From: Chrysomallon squamiferum
Lineage: Eukaryota; Animalia; Mollusca
NCBI GenBank assembly: GCA_012295275.1
Contig: CM022674.1
Location: 7,626,001-7,690,000, forward strand
Length of the DNA stretch: 64,000 bases
Reading direction: 5' to 3'
The notes below the pieces were generated by a model. That model worked only from the letters and a program-made list of their open reading frames with translations. It searched no databases and had not been told where the DNA came from. The position numbers and the translations under genes were made by a program. Every line of letters starts with the position of its first letter. The first letter of the stretch is position 1. Shown one piece after another: positions 1 through 15,923 of this stretch.

Positions 1-137
1 AGTATTATTCGATACGTCGATAGTATGAAATATATATGTTGTGTGCACAAAGAGATCTAATACAAAGATTATTTCTGTCACAACGTGTCTGAAATAATAA
101 CGATGTTTTACGCTTCAGTGAGTTTCACGTTTTACTA

Positions 138-190
<53 letters not shown>

Positions 191-673
191 TACATACATA
201 AATAATATTTTTTTTCTTCTCTCTTTTTTTATTACTATTATTTTTTTTTTTTTTTTTTGTGGAGATAAAAACTGAAAACCAGCAAAACAGTTAATGATAA
301 ACGATAACAAAATATTTGAAGTGTTGTTTGCATTGCTTAAAACGTGATCTCAAAGCATGCAGTTTAGTTTGTTTAAAAAAAAAAAACAGACAAGAAATGT
401 TTTTTGTTTCTTATTTTAATATTATATAACTGAACAAACAGGAAAAAGAAGAGTGTAAAATTATTTTTTAAAAATTGAAAAGGAACTAAAAATAAAAGTG
501 ATGTTTGGAAGTAATTAACTGTGTAATGGAATAATTACCTAATTTCCTCTACTGAATTAATAACAGGAGTTAATCAACTTGCAGTCTTTTAAAGATTTTT
601 ATTTATTTATTTATTTACTTTTTGCTGCAGAGATAGATAGGCTGATAGATAATGGGGGAGAGAGAGAGAGAGA

Positions 674-751
<78 letters not shown>

Positions 752-1688
752 GAGAGAGAGAGAGAGACCTATTTTCACAGAGTAGGGACAATTGTTCTCA
801 TCTGCTTCACATTATTTCAAAAAATCGAAGCTGTTTTTATGAAATGAATAGAATGTTTTGATAGTATAATCTAAATAACGAATAAAATGATATCAGATAT
901 GTGACGCTGAATGTCATTTACCTGGAAATACCTGAAGGCAGCAGTGGACAGAGTATCAAAACATCAGTGTCGTCAGTTTAGCGTGCATTCATTCACACGT
1001 GTATTTTATAAACAGATCACCGTTTAACAGATGAGAAAAATACCAGTGTAATGATGAATATTTTAACAAAATATATGTATTTTTTCGTTATTTATATTTA
1101 TTTGTATGATCTTCGAGGCCAATCGTTTTCATTAAAAATCCATTCTTATGTTTTGAGTTATTTAAACGCCTGATGAGCATGAAATATCGCAGAGAAAGGC
1201 AAAGACAAAGAAATGATCGTCAAAAGTTTCTCTTATTTGTTGCAAATCCATGAAATAATGTGTAAAATGTGGAAACTTTTCAAACCTTCACGTCCGCGAC
1301 AGACACGTTGCTTCTCGTAAAGCGGACTGCAAATTTGATTTTTCCTCGAAAGGGGTTTGATATTTTTATATTCAAACTATTCTTTGACGAGCTAACGCAT
1401 AATAATAATAATATTCATAATAAAATAATAATAAAAATTTAAAAAGTTTTATAATCTGCTGGACATAATCAGTGAGACATATATTTTCAGTAGCCGTATA
1501 TTTTATTTGTTTGAACTGTTTTAAATGACAGGAGGTACAACTAATGAAATCAAGTGTGCTGTCTTGTTTTGTTTTGATAAAGAAATCTGTCTCTTACACT
1601 GCAACTGTTGTGGTTCCATGAGAATGAGTGAGACAGAGAAAAACTCACACACGCACGCACAAACACACACATAAACAGACAGAGGCAC

Positions 1689-1817
<129 letters not shown>

Positions 1818-2385
1818 CGCGAAAAAAATCATTTTTATAAAAATCTAAGACATATTTCCCAGATACAAAGAACAGTAAAGTCGTGGAAAATGAATATTGA
1901 ATCGTCTGAGCTAATAACGAGACGTTAGCCAGATGAAGAGATAAGTGCGAGAGTAGTTGTGTCACTGGTTTATGAAATAATAAATAACACAGAGGTAAAA
2001 AGAAAAATGACAAACGCTGCGGAACTAATAAAACGGACGTAATGATGTAAAATTAATTTTTTTAAAACTTGTTTTATTATTTTTTTATTCGATTGTTTTT
2101 CTTTTTCAGATTTGTGTAAAGATCAATTTTATCACGTATTCCAAGATTTAATTAAAAAATTTGTCGCTTTCTTGGAGAATATTCCAATAATAATAATAAT
2201 ATTTTTTATATATAGAAGGCGTTTTCGAAGAGAAGGAGAAGTATTACAAGTAGAAATGAAATCAGTGTTCAAATCCAGTTCCTTGCAGTGTGGAAATGTA
2301 TGGATAACAAATGAGCTGAGACGTTGTGGGATCAATACTCGTCACTTCCCTCGTTTCACTCTATTCCAGTTCTAGATCAAAGTAT

Positions 2386-2440
<55 letters not shown>

Positions 2441-2609
2441 TAATAATAACAATAATAATAACAATAATAATAATAAAACCCCCGCTGTTTTTGAGATTTG
2501 GTAATTACTTGTTGCTGAGAAGACAGGTTCGTGTAGTGTGACAGGGTGAATTAGTTAAAACTGTTGTTAAATAAATCTTTGACATGTTTTGACAAACAGC
2601 AGTAAATAA

Positions 2610-2679
<70 letters not shown>

Positions 2680-2900
2680 GCAATAGTAATAGTAGTAGCA
2701 GTAGTAATAGTAGTGATGATGATGATAATAATAATAATAGTAGTGGTAGTAGTTGTAGTAATAATGATAATAGTAATAATAATAATAGTAGTAGTAGTAG
2801 TAGTAATAGTAGTAGTTATAGTAATGATGATGATAATAATAATAATAATAGTAGTAGTAGTAGTAGTAGTAGTAGTAATAATGATAATAATAATAATAAT

Positions 2901-2987
<87 letters not shown>

Positions 2988-3714
2988 TTCATAAATACTG
3001 TCTGCTCAAAAATGTTATTATTATTATTATTAATAAATACAAAAGTTACACACACAGAGAGAAAAATAGAGACATATGTAGATAAACACACATACATTCT
3101 GAGCTAGTTTTACAGAGGATTCCAATAGATGGTCAGAGAGAGAGAGAGATTATAAGAGAGAGTTTTGTTTTTCAGTTTGAACTGTCCTCAAAAATTGAAA
3201 ATAAATGAAAAACTTTTGCTCTGTCCCCTCTTTCATTCCTTAATTAAAGTCGTTTTTTTTTTTAAAAATCAAAATATTGAAACTAAAAAATGATAAACTT
3301 AAATCTAAAATTCAAGATAACAAAAAACAATTTTTAAATTTAAAAATATATATATAACTAAAAAAAGGATTAAATATAAATAAAATGAAAAAAAAAAGAA
3401 AAGCAACAATAAACAATAACGAAATAAAATTTTTGAAAAACACCCAAAGGCTTGAATAAAATCAAGACAACACCGAAGGTGAAAGATTCATCTTTTTTAA
3501 TTTGACGCTTTCTTTATAGAAATTCCATTCCCGTCAGAACAGCATTTATTTAGTAGCTTTTTTTAAATTTTCATCCATTACAGTTAATGCTTAGAGCAAG
3601 ACACGAAACACTGTCGCAGTGAAGTGAACAAATCTCTCTTGTGCCGCGGATTTCATTGATCAGACTGGAAAATCATTTCAATGACTTTGATTACTCCAAG
3701 AACAGCCTCGGAAG

Positions 3715-5170
3715 CTTGATGTAATTTGAAACTGTACGAATTGTTGTGTAACTTGATGTAATTTGAAACTGTACGAATTGTCGTGATTGTTTGGTGTAAT
3801 TTGAAACTGTACGAATTGTTGTGTAACTTGATGTAATCTGAAACTGTACGAATTGTTGTGTAACTTGGTGTAATTTGAAACTGTACGAATTGTTGTGTAA
3901 CTTGGTGTAATTTGAAACAATACGAATTGTTGTGTAACTTAGTGTAATTTGAAACTGTACGAATTGTTGTGTAACTTGGTGTAATTTGAAACAGTACGAA
4001 TTGTTGTGTAACTTGATGTAATTTGAAATTGTAGGAATTGTTGTGTAACTTGGTGTAATTTGAAATTGTACGAATTGTTGTGTAACTTGGTGTAATTTGA
4101 AATTGTACGAATTGTTGTGTAACTTGATGTAATTTGAAACTGTAGGAATTGTTTGTAACTTTGTAATTTGAAACAATACGAATTGTTTGTAACTTAGTGT
4201 AATTTGAAACTGTACGAATTGTGTGTAACTTGGTGTAATTTTACGAATTGATATAACTTGGTGTAATTTGAAATTGTACGAATTGTTGTGTAACTTGGTG
4301 TAATTTGAAACTGTTCGAATTGTTGTGTAACTTGATGTAATTTGAAACTGTACGAATTGTCGTGATTGCTTGGTATAACTTGGTGTAATTTGAAATTGTA
4401 GGAATTGTTGTGTAACTTGGTGTAATTTGAAATTGTACGAATTGTGTAACTTGATGTAATTTGGAACTGTACGAATTGTCGTGATTGCTTGGTATAATTT
4501 GGTGTAATTTGAAATTGTAGGAATTGTTGTGTAACTTGATGTAATTTGAAACTGTACGAATTGTTGTGTAACTTGATGTAATTTGAAATTGTACGAATTG
4601 TTGTGTAACTTGATGTAATTTGAAATTGTACGATTTGTTGTGATAATTTGGTGTAATTTGAAATTGTACGAATTGTTGTGTAACTTTATATAGCCTGAAA
4701 CTGTACGAATTTCCATGATAACTTAATGTAATTTGAAACTTTAAGAACTGTCTGGATAACTATCGTGATAACTTGATGTTATTTAAAACTGATCTGTACA
4801 AATTCTCAAAGACTGATATCATTTATAACTGTAGAAATTATATCTTGTTCTAGTTTAAAACTACAAATTGTGATAACTTGATGTTATTTAAAATTGTACA
4901 AATTGTGATATCTTGATGTAATTTAAAAATGTACAAATTATGATATCTTGATGTAGTTTAAAACTGTACAAATTGTCATGACTTAATGTAATTTAAAACT
5001 ATAAGATTTGTGATATCTTGATATAATTCAAAACGGTTGAAATTGTGATGTCTCGATGTAATTTAAAATTGTACAGATTGTTATAACATGATGTTATTAA
5101 AAACTGTACGATTTTTTCATAAGTATATATGATTCAAGAACGTACTTTTAAACTGCAGGAACTGTCTTAC
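3715..5170. repeat. 37-bp minisatellite, decaying rightward
   Basis: Unit GTAATTTGAAACTGTACGAATTGTTGTGTAACTTGRT, homogeneous to ~4700, then degenerate ~35-bp units. Confidence 0.95.
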
Positions 5171-5540
5171 AACTTTACGTAGCAAGTTTAACACAGATAT
5201 GTTATTTCACACAAGTATTTCATCCCCGTTTTTTTCATTCTGTCTGATTCATCAGCTGGGCGACATTTTTATCCAGCATTAAAACCTGGAGGATTTTCAC
5301 GTGGTAGAGAAAGAAATCTTTTAAACACTGACAGAAGTAAATTTAGATTTTTCTCTTAACTCGTAATTGACTTCGCACGTTTTCTCAGTTTCCAATTCCA
5401 AACGCTGATCTAAATTAATGTCTTGATGTCTAGCTGGTTTATTTCTCACAGTCACTCGTACATATCTGTTTCGTTTTTTCTGTGTGTAAGAAATAACAGT
5501 GTGTATTAGGGTATATTTCATGTAAACTAATATGTAAAAG

Positions 5541-5611
<71 letters not shown>

Positions 5612-7469
5612 CATACCCATGTATATGTATTTGTGTATGTAGCACTTACAAATACCTAGTAATATCTGATGTATGTATGTTTGTATGTGTATATGTATGT
5701 ATGTGTCTATGTGTATATGTGTATGTGTATATGTAAGTATATATATATATATGTAATTATGTATTTATATAAATATGTAAGTATGTATGTACGTACATAC
5801 GCACGTATATATAAACGTATATATGTATGCATGTTTGTTCATGTATATGTATGCACGTGCTCGTGTACTGTGTATACCTCGTGAGCTAGGAAAACATAGA
5901 AAAGAGGTGAAGCTGATTGAAAAGTTGAAGTGTGAAGTGAAATTTCTATTACAGAGAAACCAAACAGAGACAAATGACAGGTTTAAAGTAACAGATCACA
6001 TGAAATATGCGTTGTAACACAACTGTGTTTTTATGTGTTGAACTCTTTTTATGTGTTTAACTGGTTTTATTTCGTAAATAAAAGTGTGACGTCACTGTGA
6101 AGTGAAACCTGTTTAACTTAAACACGTGCCCGTTATTTACTTATTTAATTTATTATTATTATTATTATTAATTAATTAATTAATTATTATTATTTAGTTT
6201 AGATATTGTATGTCTGTAGTTGGCAGAATGGATGGTGTATAGATATTTTAAGATGGTTTATGTAACAAGTGCTGCTTGGACTAAAAATAGATTCTTGATA
6301 TTTAATGTAAAATATATTTTACCTTATAATGTTCAATTAGTGATGGCCACATAAAGTTTTTTAGTGTATGAACGTTACTTTTTTCTTTTCTTTTTCTTTT
6401 TTTGGTTTCTTCTCTTTTGTTTGTTTGTTTGTTTCTTTCTTTTCTTGTTTTCTTCTTTATTTTTGTTATTCCAGTCTCAAGTATTGCTAAGTTTTAAATA
6501 TTTTGTTTTCCTCAAAAAAAAACCAAAACACAAAAAAAAAACAAACAAACAAAATAAAACTAAATCAAATCAAAAAAAAAAAAAAAAAAAAAAAAATAAA
6601 AAATAAAATAAAATAAAATAAAGAAGAAGAAAAATAATAAAAGGTTTTTGATGTAATATTTTCATAAACAGGAGTCTGTCTCATATGAAAATTGATTATT
6701 TTAGCTGGAACTGATAATAAACAAATGAGCTCACCGCCGAAATTCGATCCGACAACCTGCAAAGTCACATTTTAACCCCTCAACTATACATCACGTTGAA
6801 AACGAATATTTGAGAAGACAGGGTGTAATACACTTGATGTTTACTTCTTTTTACAGCGAGTACAACGAGATATCTCAGTACATATAAACAAAAATAAGAC
6901 AGATATTTACTTATTTTGTATTAATTATAACGAGTATACATGGATGTATCAGTTTAACACAAACAATAACAAAACATACATTTACTGATTTTATCCAAAC
7001 AGAAATAAAACGAGTGGTTGTTTGACAATCACATTTTACTTTTCAAACTCACAAGACAAAAGTTATTTTATTGCATTCTGGGAAAACGTCTTCACTGAAA
7101 CACTACCGAGAGCGCCACGTGTAAACTACAACACAGCTGTTATCAGCAGCTACAACATCTAGCTAAACATACTACTGTGTATTTAAAACGTTTTCTTTGA
7201 CTCAGTCTCTGAAGATCAATAAAACTGAACACAAAACAGAGTCTCAGTCAAACATTTCCTGTCCCTTCGCTCTGGATTTTATTGATGCTGTAAGCGACTT
7301 CCAGCGACTCAGCTGGCGACATCAACTCACAGACCAGCAGCATCTGCTGACTACACAAATAGTCAGTGAACCAGCTGTCACTCAGATTAACAGTTAATAT
7401 TACCATTATGACAGCGTATGTACAGAGAGAAACAGAACCATACAAAGTGAACGCTAATGTAGTATAGTG

Positions 7470-8080
7470 CGGTACATTGTATTGTGTTTAGTACAGTATA
7501 GTACAGTGCAATGCTGTGTTTATATAGTATAGTACAGTGTTGTGTTTATATAGTATAGTACAGTGTTGTGTTTATATAGTATAGTACAGTGTTGTGTTTA
7601 TATAGTATAGTACAGTGCAGTGTTTATATAGTATAGTACAGTGCAATGCTGTGTTTATATAGTATAGTACAGTGCTGTGTTTATATAGTATAGTACAGAG
7701 TTGTGTGTTTAGTACAGTGTAGTAGATTTATTATATTATAGAGCAATTTAGGCCCACTATATTTGGTACAGTTTTATTCACTGCACTATGTTCAGTATGT
7801 GTGTTTGCTTAGAGTAATCAACATCGTACTAACCTCATTTCTGCATCACACTGAGTATAATACGGATTAATTTAGAATAGTGTACTGTATTCAGAATAGT
7901 GTAGACTAGTGTGGAATAGTGTGTACTATATTCAGAATAGTGTTGAATAGTGTACTATATTCAGAATAGTGCAGAATAGTGTTGAATAGTGTGGAATAGT
8001 TTACTATATTCAGAATAGTGTGGAATAGTGTACTATATTCAGAGTAGTGTGGAGTAGTGTACTATATTTAGTGTAGTGTA
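7470..8080. repeat. Two short AGTA-rich minisatellites (~26 bp and ~29 bp units)
   Basis: GTTGTGTTTATATAGTATAGTACAGT (7470-7720) and GAATAGTGTACTATATTCAGAATAGTGTG (7870-8080). Confidence 0.85.
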
Positions 8081-9521
8081 GAAATGAGGGCAGTACGGTG
8101 TTGCTTATTTAAGTTACGCTAAGTAATTGCATGCAGCGTAATGTCGTCTGCAGAGTGAAATGTTTGTGAATGTATCGAGGCTGACATGACAAGTTTAAAG
8201 TGATGAATTTATCTCGTGTAGATGCAGTTAAATAAAGTTTCCCTGGCTGACTTGACGCTGCCTAAACGACAACGTGCTTGACGTCAATCACGGCAATAGG
8301 TCAACAGGCTGTCAGTTGAAGTACTCGACAAATCTTCGTCCTCATCAAAGAAGATTCTCAGATCTAATATTACCCCCCACCTTACCCCCACCTCCCCCCT
8401 CCGCGCGCCGCTGTAGAGAAAAGAGACCCGTGCTGCGACAAGGCGATTAAAATTAACTTGTCTCTCTTGACAAACACAGTCAATCGGATTTCTCCGACAG
8501 GTGACGGAAAAAGACGAACGCGCAACGTTCAGCCTCGGATCAGTTTTACGACGGTGTGTGTGTGTGTGCGCGGAGGTAAGAACAGAGAGGTTTGTCTGAC
8601 CTGTGAGACGTCGTCGTAGTTGAATTTCACGAGAACCTCTTCAAATAAACCTCTTTGTATTGCGAATACAACTCATAGAAATATAGCAGAGATATTTCAA
8701 TAATTTCATAAATTGTATAATGTCCTCTTTTTTTTTCTTCTTCTCTTTTTCACTGTACACTGTTATGTAATGAATATTTAAATTCATTATGCCGATCTCA
8801 TACAGAACAACCTATATGTGTATCTATATGTGTGTTTTGAGTAATAATTTGAATGTATGTGTGCATGCATGCATATATGCATTTCTGAATGTATGTATTT
8901 ATGTATTTATGTAAGTGTCTGTATATTTGTATTCATGTACATATGTATGTATGTACGTTTGTCTGTTTTGACTCTAACACAATAAAGTGTTTAACAAGTT
9001 CTCACTAATAATTTATTTTGACAGTGAAAAGCTGTCTCTCTCTATCTCTCTCTCTATCTCAGTAATATATTCATTTCACTATCTGTCGTATACAAATTGC
9101 TCGCCATAAAAGTGACAAAAGTGGAAGCGTTAACCCTGTCAGAGATCAGCGAGATTCTGTTCGTACTTAATTAATTACACTCGTTTAATTCAGCGTCCCT
9201 CAGACGAGCTGTCCACTGACATAACAGAAAAACACTCGTTAATATCCCACATGGAAATCTGCGTGGTCGCTGGGCTCGTATAATTACGCGTGTTCAGATG
9301 TGTGCAGGGAGTTTAGCTAATTAGATGTAATACAAGATGGGTGAATCTTGTGTCTGAGAAATTTGTACAAGAAAGAAAATTAGAGAGAGAATTAATATGA
9401 AGTATTGTTGTTGTTGTATTATTATTATTATAATTGTTATTATTATTGTTATTATTGTTGTTATTATTGTTATTATTATTATTGTTATTGTTATTATTAT
9501 TGTTATTATTATTATTGTTAC

Positions 9522-9553
<32 letters not shown>

Positions 9554-10479
9554 CTACTACTACTACTACTAGTATTAGTATTAGTAGTAGTAATAGTAGT
9601 AGTAGTAGTAATAGTAGTAGTATTTTTTGAATGAAAGAAGGAAAATGGTTAATACATTTTAAACAAAGTCTTAATAAAAACTGTATGTATATATATATAT
9701 ATATTTATTTAAAAATTTATTTATTTAAAACTACGCGAAAATTATTTTTGGTATTCTAGAAAATAATGTAGATAAAAACGTTGTGAGCATTTCTTTTTTT
9801 TTTTTTTTTTCTTTTTTTTTTTTTATATATTTCATTTTAGAAAATATTTTTTTATTTTTTTAAATATTGTAAATAATTAAAAAAAAAAATTCATTAATGT
9901 TTTTACTGGAAATAGTGTCCAAAATGACGCTTTATATTTTCTTCTGTACACCTGTTTCATTCTGGTCAAACTCTGACTGATTTCAACGAATGTTTAAATA
10001 ACGTTTATTTCAAACTGGGTCTTGCGTGGACACAGTGAGGTGCCTGCTGGTTTGAAAAAAAAAAAAAAAAAAAAAGTAAGAAAAAAAGATGGCGACAGTG
10101 TAAGCACATTACTGTGTTCAGCCAGGCGGAAAATAAGCAACTAAGAAGTGAACTGGATGCAACGTCAGCTGAGCTGTGATGAAATTAACTCGTCACAAGC
10201 AGCACCATTCATGGCGGAGTCTGAGTTAAACAAACGTTACGTTGGTGCGTTTTATTCAGACTCAGACTGAAATCCTGAAGCAAAGACAGCAACAACTGTG
10301 AGAGACAAACACGCAGATCAAAGGCGTATCAACGTAACGTTTGTTTAATTTAGGATCCGCCATGAATTGTCCTGTTTGTGACAAGATGGAGTTGATTGAA
10401 GATGCACCCAGTTCACCTCTTACTTATGTATATGTATGTATGAATGTATGCATGTATTATATGTGTCAATGTATGTATG

Positions 10480-10513
<34 letters not shown>

Positions 10514-11974
10514 TGTATGTACGTACGTACGTACGTACATACGTAAGTAGGTATGTATATATATGTATGTATGTATGTAGGTAGGTATATATGTATGTAT
10601 GTATGGATGTGTGTATGTATGTATGTATGTATGTGTGTATTTGTATATCACTTCAAAACTTCAATGATGGGTCACTACTGCCATTCGCTACATCATTAGT
10701 TTCTTAAAAGTCTGTACGTGACAGGCACACATCGAACATGCTTGAACGTATAATTGTTAAAACGTGCTGAATGATGCAGTAGTAGAAACCAGTCTCAGTT
10801 TTGACGCCAAATGTAGAAAACTCTTCACATTCCTCATTAAAATCTGCCTCAAGTAATCTGATATTTGTTTACAAAAATTACCAGTGTGATTAATTAATCT
10901 TTTACTTCATTCTGAGCAAAGAAAAATAGCAAGATACAAACTCCCCAAGCCAGTAGAACCCCACATGAAGTAGAACATCAAAGACAATTACAACAATGAA
11001 CATATAATAAACAGCAACAATGAAAGAATAAAAAATAAGGGTACTGAGTGTACATTATCAGTGTATGTTGACAGTCTAATTACGTGCGTAATAGTTTGTT
11101 GGAATGCAGATATATATTGCTGCAAAAGAAGAACACATACACTAACATATATAAAAATCTATTTTCCCTTTTAAATTTACAATTCCCTTTTCACTGTATA
11201 TACACACACACAGATACAGACAGACATACAGACAGACAGACAGACATACACACATATAGTCATCTAGATATATATCTTAGTAAATTAGTTTGATAGAAAA
11301 TTTTACTAAAATAAGATATGTATGTATGTATATATATATAGTGAAAAGGCAATTGTAAATTTTAAAGGGAAAACAGATTTTTGTATGTAAATACTTTGAC
11401 GTATATATTTACATCTGCCTTATACAGAAGTGTATTCAGCATTTTACATATTTAAAACTACACATGGATTCATTAATATCTGATAATTCTCACTTGACAA
11501 CTAACAGCTGACATGTGTTTGTTTTGAAGCAAACAGACTGTTTCGTATAAATAGAAACAATAAAAATCACTAGATGCCGGAATGTTTCTTTGTTCAGATC
11601 AATATTGTTATTTAACATTAAAGCCGATTAATACGCTCTGTGGCGATCTGTGGAAACTTTCTGTAAGAATAATGCAACTGTGGGGAACAAAACGTAAAAA
11701 TGTTTAATGAAAATTGCCATAAAAGTCTCCAGGTATAAGCTGAGAGTGAAACGAAACAAGCACAAAGTCAGGTTCGTGGGACACGTAAAAACGCGAAAGT
11801 GTCAATTTGGGATCCCCTAAACGACGTATTTGAGTCTGGAACCTAGTTTTTCTGTGATTATCTACGTAATGATGTCACTGGAGAATTCTGTGGTTAGTAT
11901 CTAAAAGTAGGTCACCAGAAATCTTACAGCCTAATTGTCGAATGACATGCAAATATGTTCTGACATAACTACAC

Positions 11975-14010
11975 TGACACACACACAGACACATACACAG
12001 ACACACACACAGAGACACATACACAGACACATACACAGACACATATACCAACATACACACAGACACATACACAGACACACACACGGACACATACACAGCC
12101 ACATATACAGACACATACACATACACAGCCACACACACAGACACATACACAGACACATACACAGACACATACACGTACACAGACACATATACCAACATAC
12201 ACACACACGGACACATACACAGCCACATATACAGACACATACACATACACATACACAGCCACACACACAGACACATACACAGACACATACAGACACACAC
12301 AGACACATACACAGACACATACACGTACACAGACACATATACCAACATACACACAGACACATACACAGACACATACACAGACACATACACAGACACACAC
12401 AGACACATACACAGACACATACACGTACACAGACACATATACCAACATACACACAGACACACACACGGACACATACACAGCCACATATACAGACACATAC
12501 ACATACACATACACATACACAGCCACACACACACACAGACAACATACACAGACACATACACAGACACACACAGACACATACACAGACACATACACGTACA
12601 CAGACACATACACAGACACACACAGACACATACACAGACAAATACACAGACACATACACAGTCACACACATACACATACACAGACACATACACAGACACA
12701 TATACCAACATACACACAGACACATACACAGACACATATAGCAACATACACACATACACACACAGACACATAAACAGACACATATACCAACATACACACA
12801 TACACATACACAGACACATATACCAACATACACACAGACACACACAGACACATACACATATACCAACATACACACAGACATATACACAGACACACACACA
12901 TACACATACACACATACACATACACACACACAGTCACACATACACACACAGCACACATACACAGACACATATACCAACATACACACAGACACATACACAG
13001 ACACATATAGCAACATACACACATACACACACACAGACACATAAACAGACACATATACCAACATATACACACATACACATACACAGACACATATACCAAC
13101 ATACACACAGACACACACACAGACACATACATATACCAACATACACACAGACATATACACAGACACACACACATACACATACACACATACACAGACACAT
13201 ACACAGACACATACACAGACACATATACCAACATACACACAGACACATACACAGACACATATAGCAACATACACACATACACACACACAGACACATACAT
13301 AGACACATATACCAACATACACACATACACATACACAGACACATATACCAACATACACACAGACACATACACAGACACATACACAGACACATACACAGAC
13401 ACATACACAGACACACACAGAGACACATACACAGACACTTATACCAACATACGCACAGACACACACACAGACACATACACACACACACACACACACAGAC
13501 ACACATATACATACATACATAACACACAACATATATACATACACATACATATACACACATACTAAACACACACATACACACACACATACACATACATACA
13601 TACTAACACACACATACACATACATACATACTAACACACACACACACATACATACATACATACATACTAACACATACATACATACATACTAACACACACA
13701 CATACACATACATACATACTAACACACATATACACATACATACATACTAACACACATACACATTCATACATACTAACACACACATACACATACATACATA
13801 CTAAGAAACACACATACACATACATACATACTAACACATACACCCACACATATACACACACAGACCCATACATTCATACTAACACACACACATACACAAA
13901 AATTCATTCACAAAGAATATACGTAAACTCAACACACACACACACATACACATGTACCTGTGTGTGTGTGTGTGCGTGTGTGTGTGTGTGTGCGTGTGTG
14001 TGTGTGTAAC
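11975..14010. repeat. Large compound CA-rich microsatellite
   Basis: ACACAGACACAT 12-mer and variants, then CATA/CTAA variants. Source of the spurious VC/HT-rich ORFs. Confidence 0.95.
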
Positions 14011-15214
14011 CAGACACGAGATAAATATAAAACAAAGTACTGAAGAACTTTCCACATGAAGTGATGTATATTAAAATAAAATAACTTTAATATATATATA
14101 TATGTATGCATGTACGTGTGTGTATGTGTGTATGTGTTTGTATATATGTAAAATTGATAGTATAACTGTGATACAGTTTGTCAGATGACTGGTCGAGATC
14201 GCAGTGTCTTCAGGTTTCAAACACTGGTCTAGCGTCTCATCTCGACTGATCAATATCAAACACTACGCTGTTCTCAGAGCAGACGAGCTCTCGTTCTCGC
14301 TGCATCAAAATAAAATAAAATAACATGAACGAAATAATAATAATAATAATAATAATATAAGAACATAATAATACAAAAAATAAAATAAAATAAAATAAAA
14401 TAAATATTATAAAATAAAGTAAGTAAAATAAAATAAAATAAGAAAAATAAAACTATATAAATTAAAATAAAAAATAAAATAAAATAAAGTAGATAAAATA
14501 AAATAAATATAATAATACAAATTGAAGTTTTGGTGTGTTTTATGTTTGGTTTTTTTATTATAAAAAAATGAAATAAAATAAAATGCCGTTTAGTATCACA
14601 GCTGAGTGAAAAGTCAAGATATTTATTTACATTTTGACATTAATATTAATGAAACATAAAATTAATTATAACAATTAAACTAATTAAAATCTCGAATACT
14701 AATTATGAAACTGGAAATTACGTTATGTATTTTTGATAGTGACAGTGATGATGATATTGATAATAGTTTTCGCCAAGTGTTTGATACAACTAACTGAATA
14801 TTAACGAAATTACTCGAGTAATCATTAGCTGTTCACAGATTCAGTGTCGAACGTTAGAATATGAAGTTGTTCATTGTAACAGTCACAGAGCTGGTTAACG
14901 AGTCGAGCTTCTCCTGCAGTCACTGCACAGCTTAACTGGATGTGTTTGCAGCAATTCACTTTATCCCCGGGCAGCGAGGAATCAAAACATGGAGTATGAC
15001 GCGCATATCAAACGAGAGGTTGGAAATAAAATTTACAAATCAAATATCACTGATAAGTGGCCCGCGGACAGAGCACGGAGAGAGAGAGAATCTGCAGAGT
15101 GCGGTGACAAACGCGCGTTCTCGCCACTGAATGATTTGTACAAAACCGCTTAATCTCCACCCAGCAGCTCCCTGGTTACCAGCCAAACACCGCCAGCGAC
15201 ACACACGCTTAAAC

Positions 15215-15437
15215 AGCGTCCAATAAAAAATGAGTATTACATCGACCCCGTCGTTCATAATTTTTATATCACTTCCGGGTCTCGCGATGGACCGGAACTT
15301 GTCAATTATTGGCGGGAGTTTCGGCCCGGGTAAGTGGGATATCGATCCGCAGCCGGACACGCGCGGATATAAAGCAGTGAGGCAGCAGCAGAGACGCATT
15401 GCAATAAGACCCGCACGTCGTCAACGTCAGCGTCAAC
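15215..15437 (+). promoter_or_regulatory. Core promoter and 5' UTR of the pedal-peptide precursor gene
   Basis: CpG-rich island (~14990-15440) in AT-rich DNA. TATAAA at 15368-15373, Inr-like GCATT about 25 bp downstream, CCAAT at 15220-15224 and ATTGG at 15308-15312, ETS-like ACTTCCGG/CCGGAA at ~15271-15298. ATG 70 bp after the TATA box in CAACATG context. Confidence 0.7.
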
Positions 15438-15518
15438 ATGAAACTTTGCATGAGTAACTTGAAAATTGTCGTCGTTGTTGTTGCAGTTGTTGCTACGGTA
15501 TTCGCGAAGAAGGAACAG
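15438..15518 (+). CDS. Pedal-peptide precursor exon 1 (signal peptide)
   Basis: Translates MKLCMSNLKIVVVVVAVVATVFAKKEQ (basic N-region, hydrophobic core, V-F-A cleavage-like site), ending at a phase-0 CAG|GTAAGG donor that matches the phase-0 acceptor at 30506. Confidence 0.85.
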
Positions 15519-15888
15519 GTAAGGTTTATTTGCATTCGTTTCTTTACGTTTACCAATAATTTAATTTTACTCGATTTTTGTTTATTTTCAGCGACTTAAA
15601 GGAATTTTTGGTTTTAATTCTTTTTGTACATCCTTGTACCTGAAAAATTATAACAATTTCACTTTTATTAACACCGCGATGTTTTCTGTTATTAATATTA
15701 TTTTGGTATTGATAGCATAATATGACTGGTATCATTAAATGTTTGGATAGGAATAATAGAAAAAAAAATCGTACATACTCGCACATATACACATTGTGAA
15801 ATAAAGTGTTTATTTGATTATTAAAGAGAATTTATTAAAGATATGATTCTAATCAGATTTTCGCCTAAAAGGAACAAAAAGAAAAAAG

Positions 15889-15923
<35 letters not shown>

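Noticed and set aside
3691-4716. 341-aa repetitive ORF and a CRISPR-length 37-bp repeat
   Set aside because: Head-to-tail minisatellite with no unique spacers or cas genes; unit length is not a multiple of 3; eukaryotic context.
11875-13873. ORFs of 200-580 aa rich in VC/HT
   Set aside because: Translations of a CA-rich microsatellite.
15040-15556. ORFs overlapping the GC-rich promoter
   Set aside because: No recognisable protein; explained by high GC and overlap with the promoter and signal-peptide exon.
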